DNA from: the human T2T-CHM13v2.0 reference genome, Homo sapiens
Length of the DNA: 64,000 bases
Reading direction: 5' to 3' (one strand)
NCBI RefSeq assembly: GCF_009914755.1
Contig: NC_060927.1
Position numbers and translations under genes: made by a program
Part shown: piece by piece, positions 44,175 to 56,739 of the stretch
Position numbering within the stretch: position 1 is the stretch's first letter
Layout of the letters: each line of letters begins with the position of its first letter
The notes under the pieces: model-generated
Databases searched by the model: none
What the model was told of the DNA's origin: nothing
Seen by the model: the letters and a program-made list of their open reading frames with translations, nothing else

Positions 44175-44570
44175 TGTGAGGGATAAAATCCCACCTAACC
44201 TCCCTTAGAAGCTGTGAGGAAGTGCAGTGTACACCGGGGGCCCTGCCTGGCTCTGCATGACCAGGTTGGGGCTGCAGTGACCTTGGCTGCTAATGGCTGA
44301 CAGCTGCCCCTTTCTCCTGAACATTGCCCTTGGCGGCCAGCAGGCACTCCCCTAGCACTGTGCCCCCCTTCTCCAGGGTGAGTCACCCCCTCAAGGTGGG
44401 ACTCATGCTGTGGTGCCCTGTGTGCTCCAGAGGCCCTGAAGATCAGGCTGAGGCCAGTGTCTAGCGAGGACACAGCCTTGTGTGGTGTTTTCCCTGCCTG
44501 CCTGCATCCCTCACTCCCTGCTGAGAGCATTTCTTGAGGCTCTCCTTCTAGGGAACCTGGCGTAAAACAT
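44175..44570 (+). mobile_element. LTR16A-like ERVL LTR
   Basis: gctgacagctgcccctt...attgcccttggc...ctcaaggtgggac...gctccagag...gatcaggctgagg...ttctagggaacc. Confidence 0.7.
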
Positions 44571-44604
44571 GAGGATGAGACCAAATGGTGGCTCTAAAAG
44601 CTGA

Positions 44605-44715
44605 ACCCAACACTTGCCACACAATTTGCCTAGAATGTTCCTGATTTTAGAACTGAAAGTCCTGCATCCCAGGAAAACCCTCAGTCTCAGGCAAACCGGA
44701 ATGATTGGTCAGCTT
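44605..44715. mobile_element. MER81-like hAT-Blackjack
   Basis: ttttagaactgaaagtcctgcatcccaggaaaaccctcagtctcaggcaaaccggaatgattggtca. Confidence 0.7.
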
Positions 44716-45254
44716 TGGTAACTGCTTCATAAGTAAGACTCATTCACTCATTCATTGGCTATCTTCTGGGCGTCTCCTTGTGCCAGGTTCTATCGGTGGA
44801 GCCATGGCAGGGGCCCATCCTTATGGAGCTCACAGTCCCACTGCAGCAGGCAGTCACTATCCTAAGATGATCACTCAGGCCTGCAGATCAGGAGAGCCGA
44901 CGCAGGGTGGTGAGCTGGGGGCTGCCCTTGAAGGAGGGGAAAGAGCTGCCCAATGAAGGGGGTGGGGACATTCTGGGCTGAGCACCCACCCTGGTAAGCT
45001 GATGACCAGGAGAGCCTCGAGCTTTGGATCTACAAATGCAGAGAGAGATTGTGAGAAGGAGGTTCAGGGTGCCCACTGGCCATGCCCTTAGCTTCTCCAG
45101 GCCTCAGTTTCCCCATCTGTGAAGGTCTCTCCAGCTCCAGCAGGAAGCCTAGAATATCCACAAAGCAAAGAGCTTTTTGGGAGGAGCCCTCTGTAGTCAC
45201 CAAGGTTCCTGGGTGACCATCAAGATGGTTAAGACCTCAGGGAACCTTCTCTGG

Positions 45255-45790
45255 ACCAGTAGACACTATACTGGTTCCTGAAGCCCCAGGATGATCCAGA
45301 CAAATAGGTCTACTATTTCTATTTTAGAGACAAGGAACCTGAGGCTTAAAGAGAAGTAATGACTCATCCAAAGTCACATAGCCAGTGAGTGGTGGACCGG
45401 GCGGGGGTGTGGGGGTTCCCAGGGCTCTCAGACCCACAGCCACTGAGCCACTTCATAAGTTCAAGAAGATAAGAAAGGCATCGTCACTTCCATCCTATTC
45501 ATTCCTTTATGCACCCCCTTTTTATCCGCTCACCTACTACAGAGGTGAGTGAATAAAAGCACAGATTCCAGAGCCAGCCTGCCTGGGTTCAGACCCCTGC
45601 CCACCATGCAGAAGCCATAGGACTGAAGGCAAAAGACTTAGCTTCCCTGTGCCTCGAATTCCTCATCTCTCAAAGAGGAGACCAAAACTGCACCTCTCTC
45701 CAAGGGTTGTTACGAAGATTAAATGAGTTAATATATGTAAAGCACTTACAGCCTGGCACACCGTAAGTCTCAACTATGATTGTTTCTTTA
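45255..45790. mobile_element. MIR pair (minus ~45255-45440, plus ~45550-45790)
   Basis: attttagagacaaggaacctgaggct; ttgttacgaagattaaatgagttaatatatgtaaagcactta. Confidence 0.7.
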
Positions 45791-46997
45791 TTGCTATGAC
45801 TCAGTATTACACAAGTCGTTATAATAAAACATTGGCAACAACCTAAATGTTCAACAATAGGAGAGTTACTAAGTCTAGCATGATTTCTTGATTTCAGTGG
45901 ATACAATAGTAATTAAGACAGGGTGGTCTTGGTGCAAAGATAAAAAAATAGACCCAAGGAACAGAAAGGAAAGTCCAGAACTAGCCCAACATGTATAGAA
46001 GTGCCAAATTTATAATAGGGGAGACACAACAGTACAGTGAGAGAGGGTGTTTTAAATAAATGGTGCTGGATAAATTGGACATTCACATGGGAATAAAAAG
46101 ATTCTTGACCCCTTCCTCACACCATACACCTAATTCTGTTTCCATGACCTCTAAGCAGCCATTTCAACTTGACCAGAATATTGGCAATGTGTATGTTCAC
46201 TCAGCCCTGTGCATTTGAAAAAGGTAACATTATGAGCAAACGTGTGAACTTGAAATTATAAAGCCACTTCAAATGTGTGCACAGACTGACGAGGAAGCCA
46301 CGGTGAATTTCAGTGGTGTTGGTGGCTCCATGTGAATGAAATCTTTGGTTGTGATGGTTGTCCTTTTAGTAAAATGAAGGACATTCCTTTATTTTGAAGT
46401 TAACTTACACATCTCATCCAATCCAAGATTATCACGGAGAAGGAAGGTGAGTTTTAGGCAATGAGTAGTCAATAAGAAAGTTCCGATTTCCTTTGGAGAA
46501 AAAGGAAAACATGTTTTGTTGTCCCCCAACAGTGAGATGGAAAAAAATAACCAAGGGAAAAGTCACCCCACGCTTTCCTCGAGGCCATGGGCCCCCACCA
46601 CTGTGGTGCCATGAGGAAGTCGAAGGTTGAGCGAGCAAAACATGTTTTCCTTCTGCAGGACGTCTGTCTGTAGGAACTGTTGGAATCAATTATTGGAAAA
46701 CACAAAAATAAAATAAACTCCAGCCCATGGTAAACTATCCCTTCTTTCTGGGATCAGGAAAACAAAGGCCAGGATTGGGGTCAGCATGGAACAGTGGGCA
46801 AACAAGAGTGGTAGGAGGCAGGGACCTGGGCTTCAGGTAGAACAGGATGAATCTGGAAACTTCCTGAGCCTCAGTTTACCCACCTGCAAATTCATGATCC
46901 TGAGTCCACCTCACAGAGTTGGGGGTGAACATGCCATTTCACTCACTCAATAAACATGTATTTTGCTCCCAGTCTGTGCCAGGCTGTGAGCAGGAGC

Positions 46998-47178
46998 TGG
47001 GCCAGCTCCATGGCTATGCAACCAGTGTGGCCACACTGGGCCCCACATTGAGGAGGGCCCTGTGCTTGGCTCAGACCCCCACATGCTGCAGTGACCTCTA
47101 GAAATTCTTAATTTTTGAAGAAAAGGTATTGCATTTTCAGTTTGCACTGGGCCCCACCAATTATGTCTCTGATCCTCA
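46998..47178. mobile_element. MER91A (hAT-Tip100)
   Basis: gggccccacattgaggagggccc...gaaattcttaattttt...cattttcagtttgcactgggccccaccaattatg. Confidence 0.75.
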
Positions 47179-49639
47179 GAGTGAGGCAAGAGCCAGTGTT
47201 GCTTTTAATTGCTGGTCGGGTGCATCTGACCCCACTGGGTTTCCCCCAGTGCTTGGAGTAAAGAGGGTGCTGATAAAATGGGGGTTAAAATGAAGGTGCA
47301 AGGAGAAGCCAGGGGTATGGATACTGCTCTACCACCCACCCAGGTGTGCCTAGCCGCAAGGGGACCCCTTCACACCCTTGTAAGTGCTGTGCCTGCCACT
47401 GTTTCAGGGGAAATTATCTCGATTTTGGTTGGGAGGGTCTTGAGTTAAAACCAGGTGTGTGGTCACAAATGACCTGGGGTCAGACCTTTCCGCTGCTTGC
47501 CAGCTGTGTGTCTAAGCAAGTCTCTGCGCCTCAGTTTCCTCATCTATGAAAAGAGTCATACATGCTCGTATACATGACATACATACGTGCAGGGTGCTTA
47601 TGGTACTGGGAGCACCAGTGGCCCAACCAGCTTGAGGAGGCCCTGAACCCTCACCTACGCAGACAGGCAGGGAGCGTCTGGATCCTGAGGGAGGTGTTTA
47701 TAGCCAGTGGCAAATTCTCCTCGGGCTTCCAATTTAAGAATTTGACTTGACCCTGGGATGCTGCGCCTGGACAGCGAGGGCTGGCTGCTGTTGCCTGTTT
47801 ATAGGTGAGATGTGAACAAATGGTATTTATAAAAGGTTAAACATTGGTTAACCAAACTATCAAGTCAGTGAGAAATGGCACGTGGATTAGATCTCCAAAC
47901 ACAAGGTCCACCTGCTGAAAGACATGAAATCCTAATTCACTGCCTACTATGTGCCAGGGACTTTGTTAACAATGCTCAGTAAAAAAAATCTAACATTGCC
48001 GACAGTTACCTGTGTGCCAGGCACTGGGCTAAGGGCTTCAGGGTCACTATCTTATTTCATCTTCCTAGTGGGCATGTGCCATAGGTGCCAGCAAAGCCTC
48101 ATCTTACAGATGAGGAGAGGGACACCCAGAAGGAACAGGGACTTCGTGGGGGCTCAGGGCTGGTGAGTGGTGGGGCTGGGGCTCCATCCCAGCATCAGAG
48201 AGCACACTGCAGGAAATAATCAGCCCGACTCAGTGTGTGGCTCCTGCTGGGGGTGGAAGGTGCTTTCCCCACACCTGCTCCCCTCCTTAGGGACTCCCCT
48301 AAGCTGTAGAGGACCAGGCTTCGGCCTGGGGCCCCCCTGCTGGAAGGCAGCTTGGAGGCTGCTCCTGCAGGGACTGTGTGTGTTGACAGCAGCCTCTTCT
48401 TGAAGGACAGAGCCCCAGCAGCCACAGGGCAATGGACCGGCACCCAGAGCAGCCAAGTGTTTTAATGGTGTTCCCAGACTGGGCCTGATTCATTTCTCTA
48501 AGTGTCTAGGTTTTGGGTGGGGGGAGATGCACCCCCAGCAATTAATGATGTCGGTGACAGAGATTCACACTTGCCTCCCATGTCTGTGCACACAAATGCA
48601 CAAGTGCTCATTAAGCTAATTAATATGGTCTTTCCGGAGCCACTACCTCCTTCACCCTCTGCCACAGGGCCGGCAGAGAGAACGCAGTCTCCACTCTGGA
48701 GCTCGAATGGGGAAAATAAATCAGGAGTCGGCCCTGGTGGCTCATCAAAATGCCTCTCTTTAAACCACCACCCTTCCTGGTGCATTGGGGAAGGTGACAT
48801 TGCTACCTCTGTTCTGCAAAGCCAGCCCACAAGGGAAGGGTCGGCCCTGTGAGGACTGAGCTTCCCGTCCCCAGGATTCAAGGACAGGTGGCTGTCAGAG
48901 GTAGGAAGTTGGAGTCAATTGCTTGTCAGGGCCTTCCCGAGCTGCCCCGGCTCCCTAGCTGGGCACAGCAGGGCACGGACAGGCCCTGGCCCTTAGACTC
49001 TACCACACATTGAGTGAATGATTAACGGCCGGGTTCTCCTCTGATGGCCTGGTTCAGACTTCAGGCCCTTTGGTGAGAAGGGAGTCCCTGTGTTCCCCCA
49101 ACCCCAGGCTTTTAACAGGGCCTCCAGAGCCTTAACCCCCTGTTTCTCCAAATGAAGAATCTCATTCAAGCTGCAGGGAATCTCACCTCACTGGGCCTGG
49201 GGGCAGGCATTGAAATGTGTATTGTACCCAGCCCGGAAGATCCTTCAGATCAGGGAGTTTGGGATGCCCTGCTTTAACCCAAAGGTGTGGACCTTGGCAG
49301 TGACCTTGTCAACTCCTCAGAAAGTCAAATCACCTTTTTTCATTCTCTGTGCATGAGGCCCCTTTCAGCTTGGTGGGAGGGTAAGCAGGAAGGCACAGGT
49401 TTACCCTGGGTTTACCCTCAACTCCTCGGGAATGAACCTTTACTTCTCTCAGTCTCCTCATCTGAAAAACGGAGATAATAATACATCCCTCCAAATGCAA
49501 TCAGCACCCCAAAAAGTTCCTGGCAATTGTACTTGCTCAAGAAATGTTAGTTGTCTTATAGGGCAAACACTTAATCTTTGCTCCCCGCGCCCCCAACTAA
49601 CTCCTCTTGAGAGATGGTTCCCTGCACTGAGCAGATGTT

Positions 49640-50150
49640 AGAGTGAGCACTTACTGTGTGCCGGGCTATGTTCTCCGTGCTGGAGGTGGAGCAGCCACCA
49701 GGGAAGATCCAGCCCTGCCCTCCCGGGGTTGGCATTCTAATCGGGGAGACAGCACACACATACACAGACAAATAAATGGGACAGTTTCAGATAGGAATGA
49801 GTGCAGAGAAGGAAGATAACCGGGTGATGGGATGGCAAGGGAGTAGGGAGTGGTGTCAGAGGTGCCTCTGTGAGGGGGACATTTGAGACCTGAGAAATGA
49901 GAGGAGCCAGCCCAGCCATGTGAACATTTAGGAAAGAGTTTTCCAGGGAATGGAAATAACAGGGGCAAAGTCCCTGGGGCTGGAAGGACTGAGCAGGGTC
50001 AGGGATGGAGAGGAAGGCCAGTGTGGCTGAAGTGAGTGAAAAGGGGGAGGTGGTGAGAGATGGGGTGGGGAAAGGGGACATGATGAGGTGGGTGGGGTGC
50101 TGGGGCTTAGGGGCTGTGGTAAGGAAGGAGGATGCTATTCCCAAAGCAAC
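49640..50150 (-). mobile_element. L2 3' part
   Basis: tgagcacttactgtgtgcc...gacatttgagacctgag...aaggccagtgtggctgaagtgagtga. Confidence 0.8.
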
Positions 50151-50820
50151 TGGTGAGCAGCTGTTGTGTGCAGCCACAGTGCTGGGAGCTGTGTTCGTGG
50201 CATCCTTACAGCGGCCACTGGGGGTAGGGGAGGGACGGCTGGTGGCTGGTTACGGAGAAGGCTGGGCTCCTGAGTGGTAGCCACATTTGGGTGCAAGCCA
50301 GAGTCTCCACCCTCCCCCACCCTCCACAACAACAAATGACTACGTCTCCCCATGACTCAGGTCTCTCCAGCGTTCTCAGGGCAAAGTCCCCCAGAAAAAA
50401 ACACCTTTCAGAGTCCCAAGTCCCTGTCACTCTGCACTGAATCCCACCAGCACCCATGGCCAGAAGACAATCTTTTACAATGTGAGTGAGAATCCATCCC
50501 TCCCCTGCTTCACCTCCTCTGTGGCTCCACATTTTTGTTCAGAGAATGAAACCCAAAGTCCTTGCACTGTGTGGTCCAGATGAGGGCCAGCCTCTCCACC
50601 CCTCCGAGTTCACTTCAATGTTGCCCTCCATCTAATGGGTATAATACCCAGACTTGCCTTTCCCTTGGAATGGTGGTGAGACTTGGGGGGTGTCCCTTGG
50701 GGGATGTGACCCCCATTTGTTGCCTGTACGCCCAGGAGGGGTTGGTGAAGAGGCTCTCAGCCAGGCCTGCCCTCAGAAGGGTTAATGTGGCCTCTTTGTC
50801 CCATGGTTGCCATAGGGACA

Positions 50821-51126
50821 GTTCCTGCCCTTCAGGAAGCAGGGAGAGCAGTTTCCTGTTTTGAAGAAGGCTTGAGGGCTGTTTTCCTCCAGTCCGCCTG
50901 CCCAGAGAGGGGCAGGAAGCCTAAGGCCAGCCGCCCCTGCTGCTGGGTGTGTGGCGGAGCCGTGCCCACACCCAGCCAGCCAGGAGGGGCTGTTGTGGAA
51001 ATGCAGCCTCGGGAAAAAGCCAAACAGGCCAGTGCAAGGAAAAAAAATGGCTGGCCGGAAGAGGGTGGCCGCTTCCTCCACAGACCTTGAATCCCACCCA
51101 GTGATAAAAATCCCACCCAGTGATAA
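50821..51126. promoter_or_regulatory. Candidate endothelial/haematopoietic enhancer (ETS, FOX:ETS, GATA, KLF motifs)
   Basis: Motif clustering in repeat-free sequence only; see findings. Confidence 0.4.
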
Positions 51127-51289
51127 TAAAAACTCCAAGCTGGTCCTGCCCAGCCTCTGACTCCCCTCCCCCAGAGCTCAGCCCTTTCTTGGAGAGCCGA
51201 AGACTGATGGATCAAGACCTTGAGGCCCCTGCCTACCCCTCTCGCCCAAATGCACTCCCACCCGGCACACTGGTTGCTCCAGCTTCATC

Positions 51290-51945
51290 AGATTCGGCCC
51301 CCATTTTCCATCCCCACCCCTGTCTGGAATGCCCTTGCCTCTGATGAGGGTGCAGATCAAAGCCCACCTCCTCCTAGAAGCCTTCCAGCATGCATTTGAG
51401 CCCATGCAGCCCCCATGGGTCAGGAGCATTCATGAATTCAGGTCTCATCTCCTCTTGTGGCATCCCGGCTCCTGCCTTCCAGGTTTCCCACCTCCAGGCT
51501 TGCTCCTCTGACTCATCCACAACTCCAGCTACCACATAGCTTTCTACCACACAGGGCTGACCATGTCACCCCCTCCCCCAGACTATGGCTCCTCTCTACC
51601 TGCAGGGTGAAGTCCAGACTCTTTGGCCCACCATCAGTCAGAGAGCTTTCACATACATGTCCTGTGCTGTGACCACAAACATTTCTCACCGTGCCCACCT
51701 GCCTTCCTCTTCCATCCCTCCAGGTGCTTGCTCAGGCAGTTTCCCTGTACCTAGGAGGGCCACCCTACTGCTGCACCTGGAAAATGCTGCCTGACCTTTC
51801 AGGCCCAGTCCAAATGTCACTTCCTCTCCTCTTAGGGGTAAGCTTAATTCGATCCCCTACTTTCAGCTCAGCTGCCCTGCATCACTATCAGCTGATCCCA
51901 GGCCCTTCTCTCTGACCACACCATGAACTCTTTAAGGACAGGGAA
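51290..51945 (+). mobile_element. L2 remnants
   Basis: cctgtctggaatgccctt...ctgaccatgtcacccc...gtgaagtccagactc...ccatgaactctttaaggacaggg. Confidence 0.6.
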
Positions 51946-52954
51946 GTGAAGAGAGAAGAGAACTAAAATTCACCGAATCCTCACTTCAACCCAAGAGAAG
52001 TTTCATTATGCCCATTTTACAGAGGAGAAAAGTGAGGTGCAGCGAGGTGAAATGACTTGCCCAGGGCCACAGAACCAGTACCTGGTGTGGTCGAGAACCT
52101 GCTCCTCTCTCAGCCTGGGTGAGCATGCTCAGGGCAGTGGGGGTCTGAGCCAAATTTATCTGATGTCCTCCAGCAATGTGTGCAGCATGGGAAGGGAAGG
52201 GCAGCCTTGCTCAGACACCATTTCCCTCCCCACTCTACCCCCACAACCCCCAAACCCCCGGCAGGTATCTGGCTTAGATTTGTCCTCCCTGGAGCCAGGA
52301 AGGCAACTCAATTACTTTTCAGGGGAAGATAAGCCCCAGAGGCTGATGGTGTCACAGCCATGGCACTGCAGGGTGAGCAGTCTGAGACTGCAGGGACCAA
52401 GAGGTCAGCAGCTGAAGAGGCTGCAGGGCCAGGGTAATTTCCTTCTTAATAGCATGCATTTTCTTCTAGGTGACAAAAGGTGGACCTCGTGGAAAATGGG
52501 AAACACAGGGGGCCCCTGCCACAGGAGCAGAATGCAAAGGTGGCCAGCACACAGTGGGAAAGCAAACCCTGAGGTTCACCCCCTTCTGCGTGGGGCAGGA
52601 AGCAGAACCCAGGCCACCTCCACAGGCTGCTGCCCTGCTTCCGCACTGCCCTCCACTACCCCCAACTCTGCTCATTCCAGCATGCACAGGGTGCTCAGTA
52701 AGTGCTCCTTTCTGATCTTCTCATGCTCTGATTGTGGGGGTTGTGTGCCCCAGTTCCTGGTGAGTTGACTTTGTTTGTGCACATTTATGGAGCACCAACT
52801 GTGTACCAGACATCATTTATTAAGCACCCCCCTATATCCCTCTCCCGTACTGAATTCTTTAGATGAATGACCTCATTTACTGAGGAGACACTATTATCAT
52901 TTCCATTTGATTAGGGGTGGGGAGGAGTGTGCTGAAGTAGGTAAGAAGGCCAGC

Positions 52955-53180
52955 CCCAGAACCAGGGTCCCATGCCCACCACTTACTAGTTGTGTATTCC
53001 TGGGCAAGTAAGTACCTTAGCCTCTCTGCATTGTGGCAGCCTCATCTGTAACATGGGGGTAATAACAATGCCTACTGCATGGGTTTGTTAGGAGGATTAA
53101 ATGAGGTAATATATGCAAAACATATATTGAAGGCACAAATATATCAGCATATAGCTCAGCAAATATCAGCTATTATGATT
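52955..53180 (+). mobile_element. MIR
   Basis: ccacttactagttgtgt...ctcatctgtaacatgggggtaataac...gaggattaaatgaggtaatatatg. Confidence 0.8.
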
Positions 53181-53949
53181 TGCAAATGAGGAAACAGACT
53201 TAGTGACTCACCCAAGGTCACGCCCAAGTGAATGTGGTTCCTGACCACCACATCCCACTGCCTGTCTGGGAGGCTTGGTGATGGGCACTTTCACATGAGC
53301 TTGCAGAGCCTGGGGTGCTTTTTTGTTTCTGGAGAACGTGGCCACATCCAGCTTTGGAGCTGGCTTAAAGGCTTCAGGCCTGTGGGAATAGGGAGCTGGA
53401 TTTCAGCGATTTGGAGCTGGGGCTGCCATAACCCGAGCCGTGTTCAGGGAGGTAGTCAGCCCCAGATTGTCCAAGGATGATAGAAAGATGGGAAATATTT
53501 GCTGACTTGGAGAATGGTGCACTATGCATGTGCATGAGTGAGAGGTGTGTGGGATGGAACTTTGTGTGTGGGGAGGGTCCTGGGGTCTTAAAGGGTGCAG
53601 TGAGGGGTGACTTTGTTTTCAGAAGCCCCCGGGGAACCTGTCATCACCACCGCAGGAGTCTAAAGGCACCTGAGGAGTGGTACCGTAATGGGAACACTGG
53701 TTGGGAGTCAGGAAGTCTGTTTTCCCCATTAGTGCTCTTATTGGGCTGGTGGTAATTAGATGTTGGGTGGCCTTCCTCAGCTAGCCTGGGAGCTCTGGGA
53801 AGCACAGGGTGAGGCTCGGCTATGAGGCACCTGGCACAAAGTAGGTACTCCATTCATTTTTGCTGAATGAATGAATTGAAGAAAGGAAGGAATGCCCAGG
53901 ATTCTGGTCAAGATTCTGCCATGGTAACCTTGGGCAAATGTGGTATACA

Positions 53950-54170
53950 GCAAACAGCATTGGCCCTAGAGACAGACGGACCTGGGTCTGACTCCACCAC
54001 TGCCTCTGGGTCTTGAGAAAATGTCTCACCCCTCTGATCCCCAGCTTTCTCACCTGTAAAATGGGGACAATGATAAAAATCACTTTACATTGTCATGAGA
54101 TGTACGGAAAGGGTGGAGCACAGAGCTGATGCTCAGCAGGCATCCGCTATCAGCATTTGTTATCACTGTC
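53950..54170 (+). mobile_element. MIR
   Basis: gacagacggacctgggtctg...cagctttctcacctgtaaaatggggacaatgata. Confidence 0.75.
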
Positions 54171-55365
54171 ATTGCTACGACTGCCTGCTGTTAGTGCCAC
54201 TGTCTCCTCACCTGGCTGATGCACTGGACATCCAAGTTCCTTTGATCCTAAGTTCCCCAGGCTCTGAGGCCGACATCTGGCTGGTCCTTGGATGTGGCAG
54301 AACCATGGTGATGGTCCCCTTGGCCCCCACTTCCAACGCTCCCGCTAGGTTTTTACCGCGAGGTTGCTGGCAGCTGCTGGCCATTCTGATTGTCCAAAGT
54401 AGATAGAAAGAGAGGGCAGCATGGAAAGAGCAAAAAGAAAGGGGGAGAGAGGGAAAGCCTGCTCAGATATCAACCCTGCTGGCATCTGCCTTAGAGGTTT
54501 CTGTCTTCCACCTTCCAGGCTCTTCCAGAGAAGTGTGGAGAGGCTCTTGCCCACAAAAGGCAAAGCCAAGGACTGCAAGCATTCACAGAGTAGTAAATGA
54601 GTGAATGGGATGAGAGTCCTGGCTGGACTGTAAGGGCAAGTCACTTCCTCTCTCTGGGCCTCAGTTTTTCCATCTGTGAAATGGGGATATAATAACTCCT
54701 TTATACAATTCTTGGGACAAAAACATATGTTAAAGGCTCAAGAAAGTAGTGATGATGGTCATCATCCCCACACATCATGTCTTTTGTGGGTATTTACAGT
54801 TACTCCCCCTGAATTCAGTGAGTGGCTGTGGCTCAGTCCCATAAATACAACCACCAGTATTGGCAGTGGGTGTTTGTAAAGCCAACAGTATTTCCTATCC
54901 ATTTTCTCTTATTAGGAACAGCAAACAAAGGAATAAGCATTTCAACTTCATAGCCCATCACTCCACACTATTGTGTGGCTTCAGCTACACAAGTTCAGAC
55001 CTGTGTTTTTCCCAACTGGCCTTGGTGCTATGATCTTTTAAAGTAGACGTTGCTTAGCCTCAAATCCCAAATTCAACAGTAGTGGAAAGGGCTTAGCAAA
55101 GCCTTGAGGTCTCTTCCTGTCCTCCCTTCTCCTTTGCACAGGCTGACAGCTAAGAGTAACACTGGCAGTGAATTGAATTATCTGAGCCTCCCTCACCTGC
55201 TCCTGCCCTGGGGGTTCTAGGGTATTTTGCTTTTATTGCTAATCTCAGAAACAAGATCAATTTTTTAAAAAAATATATTTTCTTTTTGCATCAAATATTG
55301 AAGCGGTTTATCCATTCACTCATTTGTACCCACATTTAAACACAGATATACCTGCCCACATCTTC

Positions 55366-55862
55366 TATACCACCAACTCTACCACCTCCCTCAACTCCAC
55401 CACCTCACTCAACTCCACTACCTCCATCAACTCAATCCATTCCCTCACCTGTCCCACCTCCATCACCTCGACTGTCTCAACTGCCTCCACCACCTGCATC
55501 ACCTCCTTCAACTCCACCTCCACCACCACCACCTCCTTCATCTCCTCCAGTTCCACTACATCCACATCATCTATCAATTACACCACCTCCAACTCTTCCA
55601 CTACCATGGGGTATATTATGTCCTCCAGTTATGCCATGATTTCCACAACTACGTCCATCACCCTCTCCACCTCTACCACCACCACCTCGACCTCCTCTCC
55701 ACCACCACCTCGACCTCCTCTCCACCACCACTAGTTTCTACTACCACCTCTCCCTCCTTCACCTCCAACACCACCTCCACCATCTCTGTTTCTGCTACTA
55801 CCACCTTTGCTACCTCTACCACCTCCACCATCACCTCCATCTCCATCCCTGCCACACCTCCA
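55366..55862 (+). repeat. Degenerate (CCA/CCT)n low-complexity tract
   Basis: ~500 bp almost devoid of G, with 3-bp periodicity and local 18- and 21-bp units. Confidence 0.9.
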
Positions 55863-56467
55863 TGCATGGACCCATAAAATGTATCAAGAGCCTGTCTAAG
55901 TAACACCAAATTCAGCCACAGATTTTCTATTCGAGTCACAAGTATTTCTCCACAGAAGCCTGGAGGATTAAGGACTCTGGGGCAGCTCAGAGATGGAAAG
56001 GACTTTGAAAGGATCAAATTCAGTTCCCAATTTTACAGCTGGGGAAATCAGATCCGTCTCCAGCACCACCTCTGGACACTCCTCCAGCAGGCCAGGCCTT
56101 CTCCCACCTCGGTGAAGTCTTTGCCCCAGCAATTCCTCCTACTGGGAAGGCCTCTCCTCTGGTTGAACCCTCCGCACTGGGGTCCTCCTCTGAGCTCCCA
56201 CAGGCGCCTGTGCATTCCCATCCCAGCACGAGCCTCGGGGTAGCAGAACTATCTGTCTGTGTCTGTGTGGACAAGCAGACTGGGAACTCCTGGGAGGTGG
56301 AGACTCCTCCACCTGGCAGGTCTGAGTCATCTATGTCGCCAGGCAGGTACCTGTGAGGGGCTACGCGGTGTGTGCTGAGTGGATAAGGAAAGGCTTCTCA
56401 TTAACTGGGTCTCCCTTCCAATGTCACCTCCTCAGGGAGGCCTTCCTTGATCACCCAGTCTCTACTC

Positions 56468-56548
56468 CGGTGGTTCTCAAACCTGGAGGGTTTGATAAAA
56501 CACGGGGTTTCTGATTCAGTGAGGCTGGGGAGGGTCCCAAGAATGTGC
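56468..56548. mobile_element. MER5A fragment within an L2 3' remnant (~56400-56715)
   Basis: cggtggttctcaaac...tttctgattcagtgaggctggggagggtcccaagaatgtgc. Confidence 0.6.
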
Positions 56549-56739
56549 GGCGCCATCTGAGAGCCATCGCTCAGCCCTATTGCCCTGGTTTCCCTCCCTC
56601 GCTTTGAAATGGTGTCTCCAGCGACTTCCTCCCGTCTACGCTCCATGAGGGCAAGAATCTGGGGCTGTCTTGTTCCGTGCTCAGCGCAGAGGCTGGCGCG
56701 GCACTGAACGAATACCCAGAGTTAAAAATAAAGGGATAG

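Noticed and set aside
52037-52768. 243-aa ORF
   Set aside because: Begins at GTG inside a MIR; no recognisable homology or exon structure.
55324-55734. 136-aa Ser/Thr-rich mucin-like ORF and its Val/Glu-rich antisense ORFs
   Set aside because: By-product of the (CCA)n tract; non-ATG start, no signal peptide or splice support.
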